Both the position numbers and the translations under genes were made by a program. From Chiloscyllium plagiosum (Eukaryota), in assembly GCF_004010195.1 (NCBI RefSeq), contig NC_057719.1, positions 48,668,085 to 48,708,014 of the forward strand: a stretch of DNA of 39,930 nucleotides. Direction: 5' to 3'. Within the stretch, counting starts at the first letter, position 1. Each line of letters starts with the position of its first letter. Of this stretch, positions 22,401 through 34,704 are shown in pieces. A model generated the notes under the pieces. It was not told where the DNA came from, searched no databases, and saw only the letters and a program-made list of their open reading frames with translations.

Positions 22401-23831
22401 CTATTAGAAGAAAGGTAAGTCGTTATATGAGAGAATAAATTAAAGGAGATTGTATCTTAACAGGTTAAGTTTCTTTAGTCAAAAGGACAGTTTTGCTTGT
22501 TTTAAATTTTCAGAAAAATATATCATCTTAAGCAGGTAAACTGAGTTTTTTTAAGTGGGCTCGCAAACTAGATAGATTTTAAATAATTTGCTTGGCTATT
22601 CTGACAATTGTAAAAGTTTATAGACTCTTGAAAAGCGAACTACTTTCTCTGACTTGTATTTATAGGGCACCTATCATAACAATAAGATATTTCAAATGAC
22701 CATTGAAACATTAACAGCAAAAGGAGTTTTGCCTTTGGAGTTACCAGGTCTATGGTTTACAGTGAATATCTGAGGAGTTTTCCTTGTTGTGAATCATTTT
22801 AAATTATCTGGTAAAATGTATCTGTTAAACCTATATATGCCTTCATTAGAATATTTTGTAAAATCATGGTAGATAAGAGCTTACCTATTAGGAAAGTGAT
22901 GCATTAAAGAACAGGCCTGGTATTAATCTGCGTACTTACAGCTTAACAGCCCTCTTTGTCAGTTAAATTACTATTAGTTGAAAGCAATCTTATTGCTTAT
23001 TCTGTTCACCTCTTCCTAACATTTTTAAAGACTTTCATGAGGTAAAATTTTGAGGACTGCGGACAGAAATAAAATGAATGAAATAAACCAGTTAACATAA
23101 TGGTTAAACCACTTACTTCACAGCCCGAACATTCAGTAATTCTGAACATTGTTTCAAGGTGCAAGCCATGTTTATCTATTCTGATAAAGCAACAGAATTA
23201 GAGTTAGAGAAACAGGTTTGAAGACTATGACATTTTTATTGGGGTAAGACTTTTTGAGTTGCAATCCAATCTTTGGCTGAGAAACTGTTTGGTTAATTGC
23301 CCACATATGTTTTCCAAGATTATTTTTGAACAGACTGCTTAACATACAAGTAGGACTGGCAGTGAATATCCAAATGATGAGTTGGTTCCTTCCTGTAAGA
23401 AGTGAATGTGTTAAGTTGCCCTTCCTCATAGCATTCTGTGCTCTGCATTTCCCATCACAGCTCCACTCTTGCAGTTGTACATTTAATATGGCAGCCTGAA
23501 TAACAATATTTGGTTATGTTTGCATAGTACATCAACTAGATGTCTTTTTGAGATGAGTTGAAGCAGATTTGTATGAACAGATGCTATGGATAATTAAATA
23601 TATTTCACAAATTCTCATATCATTTTCATGTAATGTAGCCAGTATGAAGGGGTTAAATATGAACTGCTTTTTGCACCATCTTTTCACCCAATGGAAATAC
23701 AGTTAAGCAATGGTTTTGATGGTTGTAATTACTTAATAATTACAGATTGTGCTATTTATGCCTAAGATCAGTGCATACACTTGGATCTGTATTTAGCTAG
23801 CACTGGAACTGCTATGGGTTGACCAACATTT

Positions 23832-23962
23832 TAGGTCAATCCACAGCAGATGGATAGCAGCAGTTCAAGAAGACAGCTCACCACCATCTTGTCAAGGGCA
23901 ACTGGGAAGGGGAAATTAATGCTGGCCAGCCAGCAAAGCCTACATCCCATGAATAAATAAAT
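23832..23962 (+). mobile_element. Short 3' tail of the SINE-headed LINE family (or its partner SINE)
   Basis: cagttcaagaagacagctcaccaccatcttgtcaagggcaact...atgctggccagccagcaaagcctacatcccatgaataaa. Confidence 0.8.
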
Positions 23963-24724
23963 AGAAATTTCTGAGTCGGCTACTATGATAATATATATCA
24001 CACATTAAAGTAGTTTGAATTGGCTGAATAATGAAAAGAAATGATTCAAAAGAAAGGTTAACTTTTGATTTAATGTTACCTTCATTCTAGTTATATGGAG
24101 GGCAATAAACTCCACAGCAACAAGACAAGTGCTTGAAATTTTTATGCTTTCATCTGTTCCAAATCTGTAACTGGTGGAAAGACTGTCTACCTGCTAAAAG
24201 CTATCATTTTGCCTCCAGATGTTCCCAGGAGGTAATAAGAATAGACTTCCCTCTTGTGGAAAAATGACGACTATAGTATTCCAAATTATTCCGCAGGTGT
24301 CTTAATATAGGGCTATCATGATCTTAACCTGCCAACATAACTTCGACAGAATTTCTGCTCAAACAAGATTTCAACTGAGAATGGTGAAACACAGTTTCTT
24401 CCACAATTGCAAAATGTCCTTAATTCCCCATAAATGTCAATGCATGTAAAACCTTGAGACATTTCAGTAATTCTCTGACTAAGCTAGTCTCAATACATAA
24501 CTGTTATGCACACCAGAACTGAAATGTGTCACCCTTGTTCTCTCATAAAGTCTTAGTGGCAATCAAATTGCCCAGTAAAGTTGCAAATGTAATGAAAAGC
24601 CTTTCTGTTTGCCCATGAAGCTCTTTTATATCCTGTCCATACCTTCAGCAGGTTTCGGGTTCTCTCATTAGCAACAGTGCTTCCTGGTTAAAATTCCACC
24701 CACAGAATATTCTGATATATCTTC

Positions 24725-25258
24725 ATAAAACACTGATGTAGCCCTCTGCTGGAGTATTGTGTCCAATTCTGGACTTTAGCTTGTAGAGATGTTAGAGAGG
24801 GTGGAGAAAACATTTACACATTTGGCTCATGGATGACGCATTTCAGTTATAAGAATATATAGGAGATACTAGAGTTATTCTCCTTAGCTACAGGAAAGTT
24901 GGGAGGAGATGGGAGGGGTAAACATAGGTAGATGGGGCAAAACTATTTTGTTAGTAGAAGTGTCAAGAACCAGAGGGCACTATTTAAGGTGCTTAGCAAA
25001 AGAAGCAACAGTGACACACAAACAGAAGCTTTTATTTTACTAGTAAATAATCAGGATGTGAAATGTACTGCCTGCAGGTGTGGTGAAGCAAATTTAATTG
25101 TGATTATCAAAGTCAATAAATACCTAAACAAAAAAAGTGCTAGACTTCAGAAAAAGAGTGGGATTCACATAATTGCTTTGGTAGAGAGCAGGTCCAGACA
25201 CAATGGATAAAATAGCCACAATCTATCGAATAACCATTCTATGAATCCATGAATCTAT
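24725..25258 (+). mobile_element. Old CR1 LINE 3' end
   Basis: PLLEYCVQFW remnant at about 24743-24772 and tail ttctatgaatccatgaatctat. Confidence 0.75.
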
Positions 25259-26619
25259 ACTTCAAGAAAATTAAACCTTTCTGCCTTAGGAAAAGGGATA
25301 CAACAGCACAGGAAGTGCGTAGCAGGAAATGCTCCATTACTCTGCCCAATGATGTTGTAAAACAATGTCTGGCAACAGTTCTGAGATTTTGTGGAATTTT
25401 AGAATATATTGGTGCAAATAAGAAATGCTCAAAGCCAAAAGTCTCCTTCTCTCACACCTTCTGAGGGCTTCTCAAGGTAAAAGGGCAACTTCTCACAGGT
25501 ACTTATAAGACGTCCAAAAAATTGTTACTTCTCCCTTAGTGAGCTGGCTAACAAATGATATTCTAATCCAAAAGTGCCAGTTATGAAAAAAAAATATGAT
25601 TAGCTCTGATCTATATGGGTTGTTTGCACCTATAGCTTTCTATCAAGAGTGCAATCTCAACAAGATTTCAATTTGTTTAAATTAATATTGGTTCTGTCAA
25701 TTGAAACTGAAGATGACATGTCAAACCACAGGATATGATCACATTGCTACCTCGACTTTAAAACATCGCAGAAAATTAACAGTTATCTGTTAGAGGATGC
25801 TGGCATTTGCTATTGATTGCTTCCATCAGCAACATTAATTCCATAAATAGCAATCCGATTGTGTTCCTTATGTCAGAGAGTTGGGTATGCTGTACATAGC
25901 CACTGTGACCTTACTACCAATAGCCGCTCCTGTAAACACTAACCTCTTGAATTCAAATTTAAATTCAATTCAATTTAGAACCTTCACCTGAATCCTATCA
26001 TTACTTCTTTTCTCCCCTCCTACTAAATTGCCTTAAAATGCACTTCTTTGATTCAGCTTTCAAATTTTAACAGCTTTGACCCTTGCCACCTCCTTCTCAA
26101 TGCTCTCCAAATCCCTTCTCTAAAGTACACAGAAATATTTTATGTTAGGCATATTGGAAAAAAAATGCAAATTCTTTATGTTGAATTTCTACTAGAATGC
26201 TGAACTGCTTTATTCTTTACTAACCCTTTTCCTCCCCCCGTTATCTGCACACTCCTTCTCCAATATCTGAAGATGTTCATTCACTGCTGAATTACTGATG
26301 CGTGAATATACAGTATTCAGGAATTTTTCCTAGTAGCTACTGTTCATGAGTGATCCTTGATTGCGATATCTGTGAGAATATCAAAACTAAAATATAACAC
26401 TTAAATTGAAAAATTTCCAGAAGGAATCAGAGCATAGTGGTCAGGAATGGGAAACACATTGCCTGATAAAACTATTGATTATACCTTCTGAAGTCAGCTA
26501 ACTGAGAACAGAGTGTGGCTCAAACCTGGATTCCTTTCAATCATATAGCTCAGTCACTTGCAAGATAATCTAGCTGACAAACTGCATTCCCAGCTTGATG
26601 CAACAAAAAAAGGGAAGAT

Positions 26620-27130
26620 TGGAACTTAATATGGTATCTTCATGTGCTCGTGATTTCCAAAGCATTTTACAACCAATGAAGTATATTTGAAGTGTCAGTC
26701 GTTATGCAGCAAACATAGCAGACAACTTTCCAACATATATAGCCCTGTGATAATCTGCTTTTGTGATGTTGATTGAAGGATACATTAGTTGTTTGTCGAC
26801 ATCCTTTACATGCACCTGAAAAAGCAGAAGGCAATTAGTTTGAAAAATGGCATCTCCAACATTGCAGCACGCCCTCAGCAGTGTTCCCTCTAATTTTCTT
26901 ACCGACTACGCAGTTTCCCAGGTCTGAGTGTGGCAGTGACTTCTGGAACTGGAGGTCAATGCTGCAATTGACGTGCCAATGCCAAGCACCATGCACAGAG
27001 ATACAAAGACCATCTGTACACACATGCATTAAAGCAGTTTAAAGGGTATGTTGCCCCTCAGTACTACAACGAAGCATGAGGCTCTGAAGTGAGATTTGAT
27101 CTCACAAATCTTCTCTCAGAACCAATATGA
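26620..27130 (-). mobile_element. SacSINE1-like DeuSINE, split by a hAT MITE
   Basis: Reverse of the Deu-domain (ctgagggcgtgctgcaatgttggagatgccattttt) and L2-like tail (acttcattggttgtaaaatgctttgg). Decayed tRNA head at 27080-27130. Confidence 0.7.
26879..27053. mobile_element. hAT-superfamily MITE (175 bp)
   Basis: Left TIR cagtgttccctctaa, decayed right TIR ttaaagggtatgttg. 8-bp TSD gccctcag (26871-26878) / cccctcag (27054-27061). Confidence 0.7.
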
Positions 27131-27234
27131 AGTATATCAGATCAGCTACATTTGACACATTATTGCCAATATGGCATGTCATGTCTGATAAAAGTAACTG
27201 TATTTCAAGAATACTGAACCAAAATATGTACTGT

Positions 27235-27405
27235 TGTGATGCCAATAGCGTGAGTTTCAATTGCTGTACAGGCTGAGTACCATGAAGGACTCTCCTTCTC
27301 ATCCTCTCCACTCATCTGAGACATGATAATCCTTAGGTTAAATCACCATCAGTCGTCTCTCTCTAATGGGAGTGCATCCCTGTTGTAAAAACTAATATGA
27401 AAGTC
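27235..27405 (+). mobile_element. Unclassified shark tRNA-derived SINE remnant
   Basis: B-box-like gagtttcaattgc followed by atgaaggactctccttctc...ggttaaatcaccatcagtcgtctctctctaatg, which I recall as an elasmobranch repeat. Confidence 0.45.
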
Positions 27406-27944
27406 AAATTCGATATACTCTGCCCATGAACCATTTATGCAGCCTTCCATATTTAGAAGAATATTGTCACATGAACGTATATGAGTGGCACAAAAATAGA
27501 TCAGATCTCTACATTTCAAAGAAATAACGAGGCTGTTGGACAAAAATCACAGCATGATCTTAAGCCTGTGAGGTTTCTTTGGATATACTATTAAATATTA
27601 ATGGAACATTTGTAAATGCTCTAGGAAAGATCAATAGGATTTATTTACACAACACAAACCAGATGGAAACATTAAGTACATGAGTGTAAAGAATGGTTTC
27701 TAAGAAATTTGTAAGGTAAAAAATGAATTGATAGAATAGAATGTTTTAATGGTATTGTTGGATTGTGAAATTGGGTATTTTATCTTACTCAGGAATAAAG
27801 GGATACATTTTTTGTGAATCTGCAAGGGTTATCAAAGGAATCTACAACAAAGAATTACAAGTAGGTTACATAAAACAAGTAGGTTATCAAACAGCATGAT
27901 TATGGAGCTCCAAATAACCGTGTGATACATTATATTAGCATTAT

Positions 27945-28173
27945 GGGTCGAATTTTCTCATTTTCAGTTAAAGTGTTTTATCGAGAGAGATTTTTGTCAG
28001 TTGGTCCACCATAGCTTGGAGCGATTTTTATCTCACAATTTTCTGCTCTTCATCTCATTAATTCAGCAACAGCAGACAGGTTTTTGGGTGCCTTTCTCGG
28101 GGAATCACGGAGCTGCAATGGCAGAAGTGTTCACACCTTCTTGCTTTCACATCCCTAGCACTATACCTATTAA
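27945..28173. mobile_element. Possible PIF/Harbinger terminal fragment
   Basis: Begins gggtcgaattttc after tat, resembling the GGGCGGAATTTT termini of shark Harbinger elements. No partner TIR found. Confidence 0.35.
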
Positions 28174-28661
28174 GGGAAGGCAGTGGAGCAGTGGTATTGT
28201 CGCTGGACTAGCAATCTAGAGAGCTAGGTAATGTGCCACACACCAGGTTTGAATCCAACATGGCAGATGATGGGATTTGAATTGAATAAAAATCTGGAAT
28301 TAAAAATGAAATGATGACTGTGAAACCCAAAGTCATAAAAGCCCATCGGATTCACTGAGGTCTTTTATGAAGGAAAACTGCTGTCCTTATCTGATTTGGC
28401 CTACACGTGACTCCATATCTACAGCAATGCGATTGACTTGTAATGCCCTCTGAAATAGTCCAGCAAGCCATTCAATTGCACCAACTACTAAAAGGAAATA
28501 AATAAAATCAAACAGACCATTTGGCATTGACTAAGAAATTTGAATAGGCGATGGCAAATTCAGTCCTGCCAACCCTGCAAAGTCCTATTTGCCAACATCT
28601 GGGGATTAGTGCCAAAACTAAGAGACCTCTCCTGCAATAGCCTGACAAACTCATACTCACG
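28174..28661 (+). mobile_element. 5' end of a LINE: tRNA-derived Pol III head + Meta-like domain + start of AP endonuclease
   Basis: A box tggagcagtgg 28184-28194, B box ggtttgaatcc 28246-28256, conserved domain 28337-28478, then VLFANIWGLVPKL..(frameshift)PDKLILT, matching APE motifs I and II. Confidence 0.75.
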
Positions 28662-31131
28662 GGATGGTGAGAAAAGAGATAAATCTAAGGCTGGTATAGT
28701 TGAGAAGAGGAACAAACCAAGTAGTCAAGGCAGGCAAGAGTAAGGCATTAAACTGAATTTATTTCAATGCAAGAGGCCTGACAGGTAAGGCAGATGAACT
28801 CAGGGCATGTTTGGGAACATGGGAATGGGATATCACAGCTATTATAGAAACATTGCTCAGGGAAGGTCTAGACTGGCAGCTTAATGTTCTGAGTATAGAT
28901 GCCAAAGAATGGATAGAAAGAGGGGTATGAAAGAGGGGTAAGTGACATCTTTGGTTAGGGATGAAAGTACAGCTGTACTTAGGGAGGATATTCCTGGGAG
29001 TACATTTAGTGAAGCTATTTGGGTGGATGATCACTCTATTGGGATTGTACTTTAAGGACCTCCCCCCCCACCAAATAGTCAGCGGGAAGTTGAGAGAAAA
29101 AGAATCTCAGATATCAGTAAGAATAAAAGAGTTCTAATGGGGGTTTTAATTTTCCAAACATAAACTGTGACTGCCATAGTGTTAAGGGCTTAGATGGAGA
29201 GAAATTTGTTGAGTGTGTACAAGAAAATTTTCTTATTCCGTATGTGGATGAACATTGCAGAAAATGAGCAAAACTTGACCTTCTCTTGGAAAATAAGGCA
29301 GGGCAAGTGGTTGAGGTGTCAGTGGTGGAGCACTTTGGGGAAAGTGATCATAATTCTATTAGTTCTAAAATAGTTATGGAAAAGGATATACCCAATCTAA
29401 AAGTTAAAGTTATAAACTTGAGTAAGGCCAATTTTGATAGTTTTAGGTAAGAACTTTCAAAGTTGATTGGGAGAAACTATTTGCAGGTAAAGGGATGGTT
29501 GGAAAGTGGGAGGCCTTCAAAAATGAGATAACTAAAGTCCAGAGACAGTATGTCTTAAAATGCATAAAGGTGGATAAATCCCCAGGACCTGATCAGGTGT
29601 GTCCCAGAACTTTGTGGGAAGCTAGGGAAGTACTTGCCAGGCTCCTTGCTGAAATATTTGTATCATCGGTAGCCACGAGTGATATGCTGGAAGACTGAAG
29701 GTTGGCTAATGTGGTGCCATTATTTAAGAAAGGTGGTAAGGAAAAGACCCAGAACCAAAGACCAATGATGCTGATGTCAGTGGTGGGTAAGTTATTGGAG
29801 GGGATTCTGAGTGACAGGATTTATATCTATTTAGAAAGGCAACAACAGATTAGGAATAGGTAACATTGTTTTGTGCATGGGAAATCATGTTTCACTAACT
29901 TGATTGAGGTTTTTGAACAAGTGACAAAGAAGATTGATGAAGGTAAAGCAGTGAATGTTGTCTGTATGGACTTCAGCAAGGCTTTTGACAAGGTCTCGCA
30001 TGGTAGACTGGTTAACAAGATTAGATCACATGGAATCCAGGAAGAGCTAGCCATTTGGGTACAAAATTGACTTGAAGGTACGAGACAGAGGGTAGTGGGG
30101 GTGGGCTGTTTTTCAGACTGGAGGCCTATGACCAGTACTGTGCCACAAAGATCAGTATTGGATCCATTGCTTTCCGTCATTTATATAAATGATTTGGATG
30201 TGAATGTAGGAGGAATAGTTAGTGAGTTTTCTGATGACACCAAAATTGGTATAGTGGATAATAAAGAAGATTATCTCATGGTACAACAGGACCTTGATCA
30301 GATGGGAAGATGGGCTGAGGAGTGGCAAATGGAGTTTAATTTAGATAAAATGAGATGTTGCATTTTTGTAAGGCAAAGCAGGGCGAGGTTTCTACTCTTA
30401 ATGGTAGGGTCTTGTGGAGTGTTGCTGAACAATGAGACATTGGAGTGCAAGTTCATAACTCCTCGAAAAGGAATTTGCAGGCAGACAGAGTAGTAAAGAA
30501 GGCATTTGGTACACTTGCCTTTATTGAGCAGTACATTAAGTATAGGAGTTGAGATGTCATGTTATGGCTTTATAGGATATTGGTTAGGCCACTTTTGGAA
30601 TGCTGCATTCAGTTCTGGTCTCCCAGTTATAGGAAATATGTTGTTAAACTTGAAAGGATTCAGGAAAGACTTATAAGGCTGTTGACGTGGTTGGAGGGCT
30701 TGAACTAGAGGAAGAGGCTGGGATTATTTTCTCTGGAGCATTGGAGGCTCAGGGGTGACGTTAAAGAAGTTTATAAAATCATGGTGGTCATGGATAAGGT
30801 GAATAGCCAAGGTCTTTATCCCAGGGTATGGGGAGTCCAAATCTAGAGGGCATAGGTTTAAGCTGAGAGGGGAAACATTTAAAAGGGACCTAAGGGGCAA
30901 CTTTTTCACACAGAGGGTGGGGAATGTATGAAATGAGCTGCCATTGGAAATAGTGGATGCAGACAATTCCAATATTTAAAAGGTATCTGGATGGGTATAT
31001 GAATACAAAGGGTTTAGAGGTACATGGGCCAAATGCTGGCAAATGGGACTAGGTCATATTGGGATGTCTAGTTGGCACGGCCAAGTTAGACTGAAGGATC
31101 TGTTTCTGTGCTGTATGACTCTATGGCTCTT
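28662..31131 (+). mobile_element. HER1/CR1 LINE ORF2 region with internal deletion at about 29551
   Basis: YFNARGLTGKADELRA APE start at about 28760, KSPGPDQVCPRTLWEAR, MDFSKAFDKV, FSDDTK, tail tatgactctatggctct. Confidence 0.95.
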
Positions 31132-31134
31132 GAT

Positions 31135-31232
31135 GAGGTACCTTGGTACCTAAGATGGCACCGTTAGTGGCAACTTGTAAACTTTCCACTGTGCTCAAGT
31201 GAGTACATGTGACAATAAAGGTAATTGAATGT
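31135..31232 (+). mobile_element. Rex1-like 3' tail fragment
   Basis: aaactttccactgtgctcaagtgagtacatgtgacaataaa terminal motif. Confidence 0.45.
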
Positions 31233-31559
31233 CATGATAATAAAGGAAATGTCTGAGGGTCCTGTGTGTCTCTCGTGCTCTAGTGAGTGCCTACTAGCAC
31301 CACCCAGTCTCCCGGAGAAGAAGGGGCACCTGGAGTGAAACAGAATCTCTCCTCCTCCTCTCCTCACCTTGACCGTGATGCTTAGCATCTTATGGTAGAT
31401 TAGCTGAGTCTAGAAACGTGGCCTCCTTTTTCGGTCAGCAGGAAAAAAATGCTATCCTCTCCACCACAAAGTTTATGGATACTTCATAAAGTAGTGAGTT
31501 ATCTTTAGTCTGGGCAATTTCCTCTGGTATAACACTGGAACACCATAGTGTGAGCTCAC

Positions 31560-32055
31560 TGAAACAGAAACTAAAATTGCTAGTGAAACTTAGCAGTATG
31601 TGTGGGAGAAAGTAGAGTTAATACTTTGAGTCTGGTGACTCTTTATCAGAACTGATAGCAGCTAGGAAAAAGTGGATTTTTGCTGTAGATCAGGTTGTGG
31701 GTGTTTAGGGGATGGGAGGTGAGAGGATAGGTGGTGATGGAGCCCAGCGACACAGAGAGATATGAAAGGGGTAAGCAGACAGGGAATTATTGATGGTAAG
31801 CCAGCACAGAAGAGAAGCTGATTAAGTGATAATGAGAGCTGGGAGTGGGTGAAAATGGGTTGGCTGTGACAAAAGCAACCCATGTCATGACAGAATCAAG
31901 TGTGGGTGTTACTGAAAATCATGGAAGGATGGAAATAGTCTTTAAAGTTACTGAACTCTATGTTGAGTCCTAGAGGCTGCAGGTTCCCCAAGTGGAAAAT
32001 GAGATGCCATTATTTGGGCTTGTGCTGCTGGTGGCTAGAACACTGCAGCAGGCTT
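31560..32055 (-). mobile_element. Penelope-like element 3' end (GIY-YIG C-terminus plus pLTR with decayed hammerhead)
   Basis: Minus translation HLIFHLGNLQPLGLNIEFSNF at about 31942-32008. Hammerhead-like agttCTGATAAagagtc-acca-gactcAAAGtattaact at 31615-31653. Confidence 0.8.
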
Positions 32056-32554
32056 GCGAACATGGTAGTACGTTTCTGTGGTAGTACGTAGTACGTGGTC
32101 TGAAAGGAAGGTATCCAGCAAGACTGCTGATGCATGAGTTTGAGAAACAACTATTAAGCAGTGAGTGATTTGTGTTAGTAGATTGTTTAAGGTTCTCATA
32201 AAGAAGATAGCATCAAATGAATACAGAAGTTTACATTAAAAAAACAAGTACAGCTGTAACAACTGAAAAGGAACTTTAAAGTGGAAACAGATTGACCCTT
32301 GAATGAGGTTTGAGTATCTGTAAAAACATTGCTGAGGTTAAGAATTTCTTTATTTCTAATTTTTGTATCAGATCACTTCAAATAGTTCTTATAAAGTATT
32401 TAAAAATGCTTTCTTTCCTCATGTGTGGAATAAACATTGATGTTATCTTATTACATATTTTGACCCCCTCTTGTAAATATGTTCAGTGACTGACCACCAT
32501 GATATTTTGCAACAATAAAACTTCTGGTCAATCAAGCCAGGTTTCACTCTAGAT

Positions 32555-34297
32555 TCACACTTGTCTGGTATTGTCATCAATTAGGATCATAGCACTGCAT
32601 CCCTAAACAAGCTGTTCCAGTATATAGAACATAGAACATAGAAGAATACAGCGCAGTACAGGCCCTTTGGCCCTCGATGTTGCTCAGTCTTTCCTCATAC
32701 GATTTTCCTTTCATACCAGGCAACATCCTGGTAAACCTCCTCTGCACCCGTTCCAGTGCCTCCACATCCTTCCTATAGTATGGCGACCAAAACTGCACAC
32801 AATATTCCAGATGCGGCCGCACCAGAGTCTTATACAACTGCAACATGACCTCAGGGCTCCGGAACTCAATTCCTCTACCAATAAAAGCCAGTACGCCATA
32901 TGCCTTCCTCACCGCACTATTTACCTGGGTGGCAACTTTCAGAGATCTGTGTACATGGACACCAAGATCCCTCTGCTCATCGAACTGTACAACACTGACA
33001 TGTAACCAGCAATATGGAAAACTATAACATTAATTGCTAAAAGCAGGATAAATCCAATTTGGCCAATGGCCACTCTATCAGTCCACACTTGACCATGTAA
33101 AGTGATGGAAGGGATTGTTGACCGTGCTGTCAAGCAGCACTTTCTCAACAAAAATCTGCTCACTGTGTTCTGACAGGGCCACTCAGCTCCTGACCTCATT
33201 ACAACCTTGGTCCAAATATGGACAAAAGGGCTGAGATCATGAGATGAGGCGAGGTCACGTGCACTCAGCATCAAGACTGCATTTGTCTGAAGGCTGTGGT
33301 TCTTGGAAGTATATGAACTCAGTCCCCGAACATCTCTGTTGGAATTCTTCAGCGTAGTATCCTATGCCCACTATTTCAGCTTCTTCTTCACTGATCTTCC
33401 CTCCATCTGCAGGTCAGAAGTGAGGAATTTGGCTGATAACTGCACAACAATTAATACTAGTTGTGATTTCTCAGATAATGAGCAGCCTGTGGCCATGTAC
33501 AGGAAGACCTGGTCAAAATCCAGGTTTGAATAGAAAGTGTCAAGTAACATTCATGCCACTCAGGTACCAGGCAATGACCATCTCCAATAAGAGAGAATCT
33601 AACCATCTTTTGTTTCATATTCCAAGGTATTACCAACATTGAAATCCCCAATTATCAACATCCTGGAGGTTACCATTGTCCAGAAACTGAAGAGAATCAG
33701 CCAGATAAATAAACGTGAGCAGGTCAGAAGCTAGGAATCACGTAGTGGGTAACTCAGATCCTGTCTCTGAGTGCCAGTCCACTATCTAGAAGGCACATGT
33801 CAAATATCTTCTATTTGCATGGATGGATGCAGCTCCAACAACTCTAAAGAAGCTCAACACCATCCAAGATGAAGCATTCCATCTGACAAGCTCCCCATCC
33901 ACCACTTTCAACATTCACTCTCTCCACAATTGAGACAAAGTGGCTGCAGTATGCGTCATTTCAAAGGTCACTGCAGTAATGCATTCAGGCTCCTCCCACA
34001 GCACCTTCCAAACGTGCAATCGGTATCATCTTGAAAGGTAAAGACAACAAATCCATGGGAATGCCACCACCTGCAAGTTCCCCTCCAATCTAGAAATCAT
34101 TGAAGCCTTATTGCTGCTTTTTCACCATTGATGGTTCAAACTTCTGAAAATCCCACATAGAATCAGTTTGGATGCTCCTATTCGAGGGACTGCAATGGTT
34201 CAAGAAGGCAACTAATCACTACCTTCTCAAGGTCAATTAGAAATAGGCAATAAATACTGGCTTAGCCAACAGTACCCACATCTTATGAATGAATAAT
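32555..34297 (+). mobile_element. RT-to-3'-end portion of the SINE-headed CR1/L2-group LINE, interrupted at 32624-32981
   Basis: Decayed RT motifs (ALSIKTAFV for ALDIKAAFD, LADNC for FADDC), AWMDAAPTTLKKLNTIQD, tail ggcaataaatactggcttagccaacagtacccacatcttatgaatgaat. Confidence 0.8.
32624..32981 (-). mobile_element. Young CR1 3' fragment with internal deletion
   Basis: ORF 32577-32912 (LYKTLVRPHLEYCVQFWSPYYRKDVEALERVQRRF..SYEERL) is joined directly to the terminal 60 bp and (TTCTATG)n tail. Confidence 0.92.
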
Positions 34298-34344
34298 ACT
34301 GTAAAGGTATCTATGTTGGTTGAGGGATGAATGGAGCCAAAGGT

Positions 34345-34425
34345 CAGTGCTTCAGAATATTATGGGATATTTTATGTCCATTTGTGTCAGGCAGACCCTG
34401 GCCTTGGGTTGCACTATGCATCTAC
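34345..34425 (-). mobile_element. Deu-domain fragment
   Basis: atgggatattttatgtccatttgtgtcaggcagaccctggccttgggtt resembles the reversed DeuSINE core. Confidence 0.4.
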
Positions 34426-34704
34426 ACAGGACCTCACTTTTGTTTCCTGCCATTGGGAATGGCAAGAAAATCAGGCAAGTTCCTTGTGCAGGTTGGTGCT
34501 TTGACCTCTCAGCCTTACAATATTCTCTGTGCCTAAGAAGTTAATTCTATCCAAAGATAAGTTGTTAGAATGTTCACCTTGGAATATAATTGTTTTCTGT
34601 TAATCTCCAGCCACAAACTAGTACAATCAGGCAGAGTTCTAAAGCTAATTTGTCTCAACCACCTCATCCTCCTAAGTTACTAACCTTTCCACTATACAGG
34701 AGGT

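Noticed and set aside
22410..22422. Consensus splice donor AAG/GTAAGT
   Set aside because: The upstream sequence is an antisense CR1 fragment, with no credible acceptor or coding exon.
24220..24300. Acceptor-like ttttgcctccag and attccgcag with a nearby GT
   Set aside because: No recognisable peptide; such signals are common by chance.
28174..28262. tRNA gene (also the heads at about 11150-11223 and 34705-34780)
   Set aside because: A/B boxes run straight into SINE body sequence; these are SINE heads.
31136..31151. Short palindrome aggtaccttggtacct
   Set aside because: 7-bp arms are expected by chance in 40 kb.
32064..32097. Repeated gtagtacgt motif
   Set aside because: Small slippage or filler duplication at a PLE junction; not an array or CRISPR.
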